The notes under the pieces were generated by a model that had not been told where the DNA came from, made no database searches, and was given only the letters and a program-made list of their open reading frames with translations. The position numbers were made by a program, and so were the translations under genes. From assembly GCF_001194135.2 (NCBI RefSeq), contig NC_068985.1, positions 10,845,092 to 10,894,420 of the forward strand: a stretch of DNA of 49,329 bases, in the 5' to 3' direction. Origin of the DNA: Octopus bimaculoides (Eukaryota). Shown piece by piece: positions 11,942-23,700 of this stretch (position 1 is the first letter of the stretch; each line of letters starts with the position of its first letter).

Positions 11942-12232
11942 AGGTTGTGGCCATGCTGGAGCACCGCCAGTGTGGTTACGTTTTCAATCACCAATCTTAT
12001 GTGATTGGCTTTTCATTAACTATTTTGAGTTTCATGCTTTAATGTAGGCTTATCTGGACCTTGGATAGCAGTAGATCAAATTTGGTCTTGAAAACATCCA
12101 CCCCTACTCTATGGAGATCCCTAAGATGTTCTGGCAAAGTATTAAATAGCTATGGGTCCTTGAATTCCAAAATATTGCAGTACATTATCCTCACTCTAGA
12201 TGGCATAGCTAAGACCTTTGGAATGATGTTCG
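11942..12232 (-). mobile_element. CR1/L2-group LINE 3' end, related to 6879-7233
   Basis: Reverse complement reads PKVLAMPSRVRIMYCNILEFKDP*LFNTLPEHLRDLHRVGVDVFKTKFDLLLSKV and ends in GGCGGTGCTCCAGCATGGCCACA. Confidence 0.85.
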
Positions 12233-12620
12233 AAAGTCCAATCCGACAACTTTCAGCGATTGAACTTGTACTTGGGTTAATTGTCATGGCGAAGCTGAGT
12301 TTGAGAGGGAACTGAAGTCTCTGCATACGGTAAGGGCAGTCTGTTGGGGTTAGTGGAATTTTCGGAATAAAAACGGTATCGTCTTTGCCGTATCCCATGA
12401 TAATTTGGGCTTCAATGACGTAGTCCATCATTTGTTTGACCAACAAGGTGAGTTCCATTGCATAGTGTGGGTGCGTTTAGACTGCGTTGGATGAGGACAG
12501 GGCAACCGACTTTTAAATGCAATTCGTGGGGATGGAGTCCTGGAGGATGCTAGAAGTTGAGAAATTCTGTTGGAAAGTGTGTAACATAATCGAGGTCGGC
12601 AACAGTGTCAACTGATCTGT
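12233..12620 (-). pseudogene. Helitron-type PIF1-family helicase fragment (C-terminal motifs)
   Basis: Reverse complement reads FPTEFLNF*HPPGLHPHELHLKVGCPVLIQRSLNAPTLCNGTHLV, frameshift, VKQMMDYVIEAQII..DTVFIPKIPLTPTDCPYRMQRLQFPLKLSFAMTIN, frameshift, QVQSLKVVGLDFRT. This follows the PIF1/Helitron QFPLRLxFAMTINKSQGQSL signature. Confidence 0.9.
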
Positions 12621-13158
12621 AACAACGTTCTTGAGAATGGTGGTTACTTAGTAAGTGGTATTTAAGAGTGAAGACAGCTGCAGTTATAGGTGTAAAAACA
12701 GCCATATGCTATCATGCAAATATCGGCAGTTTGCAGTGAATGGTATTCTAAAAACTGTATAACTGTCACAACTTTCTATGAGTAAAAGTAGAGAATATGT
12801 ATAATATGGAATAATTTCTGGGGGTATTTAATAAATAATTAAAAGTTGATTTAAATTGCATGGCTACCTCAAGGCAGTACTAATGTGCAAATATCGGCCG
12901 TTTGCAGTGAACGGGCATTGTAAAAACTGTAGCAGAAGACTATGTCATAGAGAATAATGTCCCTTCATGCAACGAACGTTGGTATTTGTTATTTATCCAC
13001 GAGAAGTTGTTTTCGTCCCCTATGGCCGGCATTATTCATTCTGAGGAAACTTTGAAGATTCTATGAACCATCTCTGGAACATAAGTAATGTATGTTCCCA
13101 GCGTGAACCAACTCAGATGAAAAATATTGATTTTAAGAGGATCAAGAAAAAGGCCTGT

Positions 13159-13189
<31 letters not shown>

Positions 13190-14706
13190 CACACACAGAG
13201 ATTGATATACGTGTACATACATATATACATACATACATATATACAAATGTATATACGCATATATTGATATATATATNNNNNNNNNNNNNNNNNNNNNNNN
13301 NNNNNNNNNNNNNNNNNNNNNNNNNNNNNNNNNNNNNNNNNNNNNNNNNNNNNNNNNNNNNNTATATATATTGATATTTACAAAGACACACGCGCACACA
13401 CATATATATAAGCATATATGCATTTATGTGTGTAAATGCTATTATGCTGTATGTATGTTTGATATTTAGATTTCTCTCCCTGTCTCCTGCGTTATTACAT
13501 CGGTATATAAACACCCGTCGATTCGTTCGCCGTTTGAAAATGCTGTAAATTATACCAGTAAGCAGCAATGATACAAGCAAAACGAAGAATCATTAAAATG
13601 ATTAAATAAAAGAGCTGTTAATTAGAAAATGAAAGTTTTAAGTCTTTTTTATTTTTAAGTTTCGACATCATGTTGGCGTTATTCCGTTTTGTATATTTCG
13701 CGTGATTAATTTTTGTTTTTCAGTCTTATTTTAATTGTATTTTTTAATGTTAATTCATTCTTTGTTATCGAATTAGTTCATTTCAGCAAACACAATGTGG
13801 ACAGGTTTAAGATATTATAGATGTCATTGTTGGTGACTTATTGCTTTCAAAAGTCCCACTAGATATTAACTAATCAGATTTGTTACTCCACGCAGTGTGT
13901 CGAGTCAGCATGGAATAATATTACAAGTATTCTCTGCTCTGAATCACCGCTGATGCCAAGATTGATTGTAGATGCAGCTATAAAAAACTTGATAGGATCT
14001 TAATAATTAAACGATAACTACAACAGACATCAATCTAAAATAACACTAGTGAAATTATCGCATATTGTTTCACTTCCATATATATGATTTTTGCCATTTT
14101 GTTTTCATTAATCAGATTTCCTTTTTTATGTTTTTTGCAATTCTGGAATTTGTTTTCGAATAGTCCAGTAGGTGGGACACATCTGTTGTAGTTTCAGGCT
14201 GCAATTAGAAGATTCAGAAAATTAATGTTTGCCTTGCACACTGGTAGGTAAATAAATCTGCTTAAATGCAAATTTTTCTATGATTTATTTGGCTGGACTA
14301 AATATTGCATGTATATGGAGTTTTATTATTTTACAATGTTTTGTATGAGAATCATGGCGCGAAAAAACGTGGTGTGATGAAATTTCATCTTCTCAAAACA
14401 AATTAACAGACGATCAATATACTGCGTGTAGTCATCATTGTAAAACATCGAGAATGCATTTTGTTTTCTTCTGATACCCTTTTTATGCTTGTTCAACCAA
14501 CATTCTTTCAAAAATCTAATCTCAAAAAAACAAAAAAAAAAAACAACTGATGACAAATAAACCGGACGAAATAGATTACTTTATTGAGTAACGGCAGTAA
14601 AATATCTATAATTATAATATACAGAAATAATTTATTCTCAAACGCATGATAATGCTAATACAATAACATGATAAACTATACATATATTGCAGAAAAATTC
14701 GTTACC

Positions 14707-14779
14707 GGTCAGCCATGAGACTCGAACTCACAACCCTGCAATTACGCGCCAAGTGCTTTAACTTTAAGATAAGCTGTCC
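14707..14779 (-). pseudogene. tRNA-Thr-like cloverleaf (CGT at anticodon position) with degenerate anticodon arm; probable SINE head
   Basis: Reverse complement: GGACAGCT TA TCTT AAAGTTA AAGC A CTTGG CGCGTAA TTGCA GGGTT GTGAG TTCGAGT CTCAT GGCTGACC. T-arm and most of the acceptor stem pair. Confidence 0.6.
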
Positions 14780-15026
14780 AATAAGGTATTGTGCTGCCAT
14801 TTTAGGATTTATAGATCTAGTTTTATATGACGATTTTTTCTGCAATATATGGATTGTTAATAGTGTTTATGCTATTGTATTTTGAGAAAAAATATTTCTG
14901 TATCTTTCAATACATCTCAAGGCTTCTAAAGCAAACTTTGTTTACTTTCATCGTAAGATGAATTTAACGTTAACGTCTTATAAAGCTAGATTTATAAATC
15001 CTAAAATTGCCAAGCAATACATTACT

Positions 15027-15099
15027 GGGTAGTTTAGCTTAAAGGTAAAGCACTTGACGTGTAATCACAGGGAGGCGAGTTCAAGTCACATGGCTGGCC
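15027..15099 (+). pseudogene. tRNA-Thr-like cloverleaf (TGT at anticodon position) followed by a T-run; inverted partner of 14707-14779
   Basis: GGGTAGTT TA GCTT AAAGGTA AAGC A CTTGA CGTGTAA TCACA GGGAG GCGAG TTCAAGT CACAT GGCTGGCC. D-stem GCTT/AAGC is perfect; a T7 run lies about 9 nt downstream. Confidence 0.6.
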
Positions 15100-15507
15100 G
15101 GTAACAGTTTTTTTCTGCAATATATGGCTAGTTTATCCTGTACATGCTTTTGTATTAGCATTATCATGCATTTGAGAATAAATTATTTCTGTATCTTTCA
15201 ATACATCTCAACGCTTTGTTTACTTTCATCGTAAGTTGAATCTATCTATAAATATATATTACTACGAAAGAAATAACTGATATCTTTGTTGGTTTTTGTT
15301 CTTTTTTAAGCAAAAAGTTCTTGATTGAGAGGTGTTATTATCAAATTCATTTCATCCACTCTCAACCTAATCCAGATTTATAGTGTCGGGCAATGTAACC
15401 GTGATTTATTTTCCGTTTTAAATATGTTTAAATATGTTCAATGTTAATTGACTGATATTGTTAACAGGTCAAAATATCGAAATTAAAGCTTTATTTGGGC
15501 TAAATGT

Positions 15508-15552
15508 AACTCGACGTGTTTCAGCAGAATTGAATTGGTGCTCTTTCATCAG
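15508..15552 (-). ncRNA. Degenerate Penelope-type minimal hammerhead-like motif
   Basis: Reverse complement: CTGATGA-AA-GAGCA-CCAATTCAATTC-TGCT-GAAAC-AC-GTC-GAGTT. Stems are imperfect. Confidence 0.35.
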
Positions 15553-15580
15553 AGTAGAAACGTATATTTTTCTTTTCTAA

Positions 15581-16245
15581 GGCGGCGAGCTGGCAGAAGT
15601 ATTAGCACGCCAGGCAAAATACTAAGCGGCATTCCGTCTGACTTTTAGGTTCTGCGTTCAAATTCGACCGAGGTCGACTTTGTCTTTCATCCTTTCGGGG
15701 TCGATAAATTTAGTACCAGTTGCTTACCTGGGCCGGTCTAATCGACTGGCCCATTCCTCCCAAATTTCAGGTGTTGTGCCAAGAGTAGAAACGAATATTT
15801 TTCTTTTCTAAGGCGGTGAGCTGGCAGAGACGTTAGCACACCGGGCGAAATGCCTAGTGGTATTCCATCTGTTTTTGCGTTGTGAGTTCTATTTCCACCG
15901 AGGTCGATTTTACCTTTCATCATTTCGATAAATTTAGTACCAGTTGCATACTGGAGTAGATCTAATCGACTGGTCCCCTCCCCCAAAATTTCGGGCCTTG
16001 TGCCTAGAGGAGAAAAGAATATTTGAAGGCGGTGAGCTGGCAGAAACGTTAGCACGCCGGGCGAGATGCTTAGTGGTATTTCTTCTGTTTTTACGTTCTG
16101 AGTTCAAATTCCGCCGAGGTCGATTTTACTTTCCATCATTTTAGGGTCGATAAATTTAGTGCCAGTTGCGTACTGGAGTTGATGTAATCGACTGGCCCCC
16201 TCCCCAAATGTTTTGGGCCTTGTGTCTCGAGTAGAAAAGAATATA
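15581..16245 (+). mobile_element. Three head-to-tail full-length SINE family B copies
   Basis: GGCGG(C/T)GAGCTGGCAGA starts at 15581, 15812 and 16028. Each unit has a B-box-like GTTC(A/T)A, the CTTTCATC..GTCGATAAATTTAGT core and a GTAGAAA/GAGAAAA tail. Confidence 0.93.
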
Positions 16246-17319
16246 TTTCTCTTTTACAGTGTTAAACGTATACGAACTGGACACATAAGGATATTTTGTT
16301 ACATGTCAAAGCAACAAAATGTATTTATGTGATGGCAAAATAATATTCGAGAATATTTTTCATCTAAAAATTATTAGAATTAACAATGCTTAGTTCTTCG
16401 TTACAATTCAAAATAACTTCGATCCCCAAATGAGTAAATGAAAATACGCCTCATGATGAACTGAATTTTGTAAAAAAAAAAGTATAGAGAAGAAACACAT
16501 ACTTATATACAGTAGTATGAGGAGAAAAGAAATTGAATGATGAATGAACAGGATTGCTAAGGACTGACTGAGAAAGTAAGAATAATGACAGAAATCTATT
16601 GTACATGGCAAACAACTAACTCAAGTGATTTGTGGTGAAGTTATGCACAATTTTATCGCAGCGATCTTTCAATCTTTGAAATAATTCATAATGCATACAC
16701 TTCTTTCTTACAGAAATAACAACTTAACTATGATTTTTGTATCAGTGTCATAGGAAGGTTACCTCACTGAAACTAAATTACGCCGAGGCTGAACAGGCAA
16801 ACTGTTCATGGACATAATATATACGATGCGTTAACTCAGTAACATTTATTTCGAAAGTAATCTAATGAGCACCACGTATATCATGCTGTATTTACGAGAT
16901 ATATCATCTACGATAAAAACATGTTACCAAAAATATGTCAGCTAAATGTAGAATATATAAAAAAGAATGGTATCTTTCATAACGCTATACTTTCTGTGAA
17001 GCAAATGACATATAATTCTCATTGTTAGACCTTGTTGTAAATGGAATAGTAGCAATGATGGAAGATAGGAGGCTTTCTAGAGGTGGAGTGAACAAAAGGA
17101 AGAGGGAACTACGGTTATGAGATTACAGAATTACGAAGTATTTTATTGAGTTTTTCTCAGTCTGGAGATAATTTCATAAAACTTATGACCGGTAAAATTG
17201 AGTGGATTATCATAAGATCGGCTATACATCTCGTAGTATTTATTCTGGCTGCTTACGACCTGAATTGAAATTCTGTTCAGAGCAACTTTGGCTCATATTT
17301 TGCTGGGTCAATAAATAAT

Positions 17320-17898
17320 CTTTTCTACTCTAGGGCACAAGGCCCAAATTTTTTGGAGAGATGGAGCTAGTTGATTAGATCGACCTCAGTACGCAACTGG
17401 TACTGAATTTATCAAGCCCGAAAGGATGAAAGGCAAAAACTCTTTCCTACTATAGGCACAAGGCCAGAAATTTCTGAGGTGGTGGGGGCCAGTCGATTAG
17501 ATCGACCCCAGTACGCAACTGGTACTGAATTTATCGATTCCGAATGGATGAAAGGCAAATAATGTTTTCTACTGTATGCACAAGGCCCGAAATTTCTGAG
17601 GATGTGGGGCCAGTCGATTAGGTCGACTCCAGTACTTAATTTATCGTCCGGCGTGCTAAAGTTTTTTATTTCTTTACTGCGCACAAGGGGCCACACACAG
17701 AAGAGACAAACAAGGACAAGCAAACGGATTAAGTTGATTATATCGACCCGAGTGCGTAACCGGTACTTATTTAATCGACCCCGAAAGGATGAAAGGCAAA
17801 CTCGACCTCGGCGGAATTTGAACTAAGAACGTAACGGTAGACGAAATACCGCTCAGCATTTCGCCCGGCGTGCTAACGTTTCTGCCAGATCACCGCCT
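17320..17898 (-). mobile_element. Stack of four SINE family B units (one with head, three truncated or deleted)
   Basis: Repeated GCACAAGG(C/G), TCGAC..CAGTAC..GGTACT and GGATGAAAGGCAAA blocks. The head reverse complement GGCGGTGATCTGGCAGAAACGTTAGCACGCCGGGCG ends at about 17898. Confidence 0.9.
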
Positions 17899-18664
17899 TT
17901 CAATGTGTTTATAATTGTAAGAACGCTATGCAATTATATATCCTGTAACCTTTTCATAATAATTCAAATATGGTGAGCATCTACACAAACACAATAATAT
18001 TATTTAACGTGTAACAGTATGCAATATAATCTCTTTTGTCATTTTATTTACTTTTCAGCTGATTTCAATAAAACGAAGCATTAATTTTGTGCAGGAGTCG
18101 ATGTAAACGAACATAGTCTTTCCCCACAAATCTGTGACATTGTTTAATGGTATAAATCAATAAATTTCTCAACTTAAAAAATATTGGAAAATAAAATAAA
18201 ACGAAGTGAATATTCATAAAAGCAAATTCATACAACATATGACATATGCATCAATTATATTATCGTATATTAAGAATAAATAACAATCTTTAGTTCAAGA
18301 TTGTTCATGTCGAGTTTTTAAAATTTAATATGCATAACGTTAGATGTAATCATGTTGAAATAAACATGTTTGTCACTTGCGAAAGAAAAGAAGTACAATT
18401 ATCATTTTAAGTACGCCAGCCTTCAATAATAATCAACGATCTTGAAGGGGTTCATATCAGAATTTCACTTGCCGTTGATAGCTGTTCACGTATACTTGAT
18501 CATATAATTTGATAACATATTTTAATAAATATTGATTGCAAGTAAAATGTGTTTCCTTTATTAATCTCGCCACGTATTTTTTTGAAGCGGTCCACAAATC
18601 TTAGCACTCCGTCGTTTACGACGTTCAGTGTTCCAGTTAATTCGATCAACGGAATTCTGCTCCT

Positions 18665-18920
18665 GAAATCAATGTGCAAGTGGCCGAGTACCTCTAGAGA
18701 CACGAGAGGTCTTAACGTAGTTAGTTCTCAGGGAGAGACTGTATGAGACAAAATCTGGCAAAGAAGGCTTTTTTGAAATATAGATACAACTCACTTTGCT
18801 AGCTGAGTGGACTGCAGAAACGTGAAATAAAGTGTGTTGATCAACGACACAAAGAGTCACCGGGAATCGAACTCACGATCGTGAGCACTATAACCTAATC
18901 ACTAAGCTACCCACCTTCAC
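18665..18920 (-). mobile_element. tRNA-derived SINE family D (tail shared with family C)
   Basis: Reverse-complement head GTGAAGGTGGGTAGCTTAGTGATTAGG..GTGAGTTCGATTCCCGGTG. The tail CAAGTGG..CTTAACGTAG..TTCTC matches 34545-34600. Confidence 0.75.
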
Positions 18921-19106
18921 TGGTTCACAAGTACTATATATATATATATGTGTGTGTGTGTAGGTATAAGTTAGAGGTGTTAAGCCCTCGAAGGGATAGA
19001 AGTATTCGGAGGCACTCCTGGTAATTACCTCAGTAAGTATGGTCCTTGCTATAATATATATGGCAGCAGGTAATTTAAGAAGTAAACCGTAGTTTAGTGC
19101 ATATAT

Positions 19107-19353
19107 AGACGATAAGAAAATGGAGGAAAAACAACAAATAAAAGTGTGTCTGTTGTGCTAAAAAGCCATTATTTAATTAATTAAGCAAGATGAGGGTAAG
19201 AGTGGGCTTACAGCTGTCTCTGAGTACAAAAAGTTGAGGTAAATAAACAGCTGTAAACTCACTCTTAGCCTCACCTTAATTAATTGAATAATGGCTTTTT
19301 AGCACAGCAGACACACTTCTATCTGTTGTTTTGCCTCCATTTTCTTATCGTCT
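19107..19353. repeat. Long inverted repeat / fold-back element (arms about 110 bp, spacer 29 nt)
   Basis: 19107-19217 (AGACGATAAGAAAATGGAGG...TTACAGCTGT) is the reverse complement of 19247-19353 apart from scattered mismatches and one short indel. Confidence 0.92.
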
Positions 19354-19358
19354 CTCTC

Positions 19359-19389
<31 letters not shown>

Positions 19390-21735
19390 TATAATTGACA
19401 ATAAAAGAAAGAAACCTAATTAGTACATACATACATATATATAAATATATAAATAAATAAACAAATATATATATATATATATATATATACACAAATATAT
19501 ATATATATATTATTAATTAATGCGCCCTTTTAAAGCCTAGTCAGACTCATGGACCCGGTTTCCCGGTTTAGTTGGAGCAGGGACAACAGAAGAGGGGTAA
19601 TATTCTGTTTGTTTTTCTCGTTGTTCGAAAAAAAGTTCGTTTTCTGTACTCGTCGTTATGTTTTCGTTTCTCATTGTGTTTAACGTTTTTGTGATGTCCT
19701 GTACCCATATATGCTTGTATGTATACATATAGATGTCGGTATGTACATATATGTATGGATATATGCATATAATTATATATTATTTATGTTTATATATATA
19801 TATATATATATATATGGCTATGTCAAGATGAATTTTTATGTAATCTTCTTCCCACTTGGATTTTAAACGTTGCCACAATTATAATATGTCTATTCTACTG
19901 TAATTTTTCTACATTTATGTGCAGCTGAAGATTGCTCTACATATTGCATTTAATGTAATGCTTGCATTACTTAAATAAATGGAGTAGCATGAAACGTGCG
20001 TACTGCAATCATCTTTAAAATCCGTGTTGCTTATTTTGATTATAGACCTTTTCATTTTCATGAGCGTCAAACTAATACACTTTCTTGTTCTTTGTCTTTC
20101 GTTTTTTTTCTATAAATTTCAACTATGTATATGTAACTTGCATATGTTTACTCTTGGTGAGATAAATATATCTAGGGTACACAGCTGAGCGGGCGGTATA
20201 CATACGTCACCACGTAAGCCTAACGAATATCAAAGTTAAAAAAAAATGATAAAATCATTATTTGCGGAATGACCCCATCTCTTTCACATAAGTTCCTATA
20301 ATATTCTCTCTTCTGTCTACCTCCATCTATTCTATTCTGTGTCAATAGATTTTTCTTCATGTGACATTACATTAAATTCTTTCATAGTAATTTTGGTACA
20401 GCCCCGAGTTATCTTCATGATGGTGAATACCCTCATCTTGCAATCTGAGCAACTTATATCAATGCAACGTATCTAAGATGATATATCTAACTATCTTATA
20501 AACAATTTCTTATGGTTTGTTGTGGTTTCTACATATACGTTCTGTAATATTCAAACCCTGGTTAATTGCCGAAGGTTCTGTATACTGTATACGAACTAAA
20601 ATAGACATAGCGACGTGGAATACTGCTTTGCTTGTGTGGTATAGTGAAACTGCACACTCCTCCCGGCAAAAAGTGGTAGTAACCGGCCATTATAAGTAAA
20701 CCAGTAACTGGTCCAGAGAGGTTGAGAGTACGTGTAGACTGTTTTGATAGTCGTGTCTGTGCTGATATAGTAATCATACTGGGTCTTTATGTCCAAATAA
20801 ATATATATAATAATTATACTGTTATATTGAGTGGACGTTATAAAGATCCAACCTTTTGAGGAGAATAACGCTGTATGACTGGGGGTCGTACAGTACCCGT
20901 TAGAAACATTCTATGGGTGACTTCGGAAGATGACAATATCTGTCAGTACGACAAGCCTCGTCAAAAGAGAGATACAAAAGTGGCAAAAGATTGCTTTACA
21001 AGACCTTGAGATATTCGTTTTATTATGTGGTGGATAGTCGTTATGAACTTCAACTGCTCAACTGTATGAAACAACAGGAGACGAGTTTGTTATATGAAGT
21101 ATCGACGAAATAACAACCAAACCATCATCGACAACAAAAGGGCAATCGAAAACGGGCGACATTTTATTCAAAACTTAACCCAGTTTTAAATTTCGTTTCT
21201 TTAATTAACTATTTTTATTTCGAGTCCTGCCGCTAACTATTATAACGGAGGTGTAATTCTTGTCTATGACAAGACCCCGTGATCATAGGATCTCCTACTT
21301 AAATTTCTTATTTACCATATTGATTACCTGTCACGAAATTTATCATGAGACAAAAAGCATTTGCTGACGCTGTCAACTACTGCGCTTGAAACTGCAAATA
21401 TCTAAGGGTATCCCATATTTGTTCTTGTTCAAACTCACATCGCTTCTTCCTGCTAGTTCTTTCGAAAAATGGTGCATTTGTCAACCGGTCGGCAAGGGTA
21501 ACACCGATGGCAATTTCGTATGAGTCAAGCTGACGATCTACCAACAATCTGCTTCACTATCAACACCACTACTCCGAATGCTGCTGATACCACCTTGGCG
21601 CGAAACCGTGACGACACAACGTAAGAGGCGACAGCCATTGCAGATTCGTACCAGCCGTGGAGCAACGCATGACCGAAAAGGAAAATAAATTTATAATATC
21701 CTCATATTGATACATTATTTTATAGTGATGACACT

Positions 21736-22270
21736 TACTCTTTTACTCTTTACTCTTTTATTTGTTTCAGTCATTTGACTGCGGTCATGCTGGAGCACCG
21801 CCCTTAGTCGAGCAAATCTACCCCAGGACTTATTCTTTGTAAGCCTAGTACTTATTCTATCAGTCTCTTTTTGCAGAACCACTAAGTTACGGGGACGTAA
21901 ACACACCAGCATTGGTTGTCAANNNNNNNNNNNNNNNNNNNNNNNNNNNNNNNNNNNNNNNNNNNNNNNNNNNNNNNNNNNNNNNNNNNNNNNNNNNNNN
22001 NNNNNNNNNNNNNNNNNNNNNNNNNNNNNNNNNNNNNNNNNNNNNNNNNNNNNNNNNNNNNNNNNNNNNNNNNNNNNNNNNNNNNNNNNNNNNNNATATA
22101 TATATATATATATATACATATATACGACGGGCTTCTTTCACTTTCTGTCTACCAAATCCACTCACAAGGCTTTGGTCGGCACGAGGCTATAGTAGAAGAC
22201 ACTTTCCCAAGGTGTCAGCAGTGGGACTGAACCCGGAACCATGTGGTTGGTAAGCAAGCTACTTACCATA
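21736..22270 (-). mobile_element. SINE family A, with the internal microsatellite unresolved (N gap)
   Basis: Tail reverse complement at 21736-21922; head reverse complement at 22110-22270. Confidence 0.9.
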
Positions 22271-23387
22271 CAATATCGTAAATAGTAAATGATCGTTTCA
22301 AGAGATTCGAACTGTTACTTCACTCTATCCATTTCGAGGGAAAATAATCAATATCGATCTCCAAGATCGATACAAATGTGGCATAAACGAAACGATGAAT
22401 AGATATTTTGCACCGAGTCATTCGGCTGACAATGTAGGACTGATGGCTAATTGCTGGCGTGGAAATAAACGCAGCTAAAACCAAACAAGCAGGCATAAAC
22501 TTTTATTAAATATTTTTATTAAAAGTTTTTAAATGCATTATGGAATTTCGTTTTGTCACTACATAATACATTATGGCAACAATTTCTTTTATATCTTTTC
22601 CTTAACACACACATGCTCGCGCGCGCAAATGTGAGTGTGTGTGTGTGTAAACATATATCTCATATGTAAATATATATATATGTGTGTGCGTGTGTGTATA
22701 TATACATACAAAGCTTTTCCTTTCTGTAATGCAACGACTACGTGTAAACCGATAGTTACATTCCCTGCATTTGCAAAACAAACAAATATTTGTGATCAGG
22801 AGTTAATGAGTGTAATCGAAACGTCTAATAAACAATAACTTTAATTATCCACAGGAATATTGAAGTATTAAATTAGGGACATAAATAGTGTTAATTAAGT
22901 TCTTGGAGAAGTAATTAAACCTCAAATATTTAACAAGTGTTGCTGAGAATTATAATTGTCTCTAACATGAAAACGTGCGCTTATGGGTTCGGAAATGAAT
23001 ATTATGACAACGATCTATTCCTCATCGCCATTAATTTCATAAATGAATTTGTTCCGCTGGACCCCATCTTGATATTGCACTCATCTATCTTATTAATTAT
23101 AATTCGTCAGGTCGTGGGTTATTGACTAAATCATGACAATAGTATTGAACAAAATATTTTGGTATTGGCTTGTGAGCCTTTAAGTTTTGAGTTCAGATCC
23201 AGCTGGAATTAACCTAGTCGTCCATCATTCTAGGACAAATAAAATCATTACAGTTCGATTAACTGCGTTGATATAATCAGGTGTAGTTTAAGACTCTCAG
23301 TCGCAACCTCGTCTAAATATGCCGGTTCTTGGTAATTTTAAACTGAGCAGAGCCCTTAGCTTTGCAGGTCTGGTGTACACTACTTGA

Positions 23388-23388
23388 T

Positions 23389-23427
<39 letters not shown>

Positions 23428-23468
23428 NNNNNNNNNNNNNNNNNNNNNNNNNNNNNNNNNNNNNNNNN

Positions 23469-23499
<31 letters not shown>

Positions 23500-23514
23500 G
23501 TGAGTGAGAGAGAG

Positions 23515-23553
<39 letters not shown>

Positions 23554-23700
23554 AGAGAGAGTGAGTAAGTGAGAGAGAGAATGGAAGAGAGAGAGAGAGA
23601 TTAAGTGAGAAAGAGAGAGAATGTGAGAAAGAGAGAGAGAGAGGAAAGAGGGAGAGAAAGAGACGGAGAGATTAAAGCGAAAGATAAGAGAAAGTAATTT
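23388..23700. repeat. (GA)n purine-rich microsatellite with an N gap
   Basis: Direct reading. Confidence 0.93.

Noticed and set aside
14707-15099. Functional tRNA-Thr genes
   Set aside because: Anticodon stems are unpaired, position 33 is G rather than U, and the acceptor stems have mismatches; kept as pseudogene or SINE head.
18500-18703. 67-aa minus-strand ORF (..ELTGTLNVVNDGVLRFVDRFKK..) as an exon
   Set aside because: It starts inside a SINE tail, lacks a good acceptor and has no recognised homology.
21380-21700. CpG-richer island as exon or promoter
   Set aside because: The frames I translated were short and unrecognisable, and no motif supports a call.
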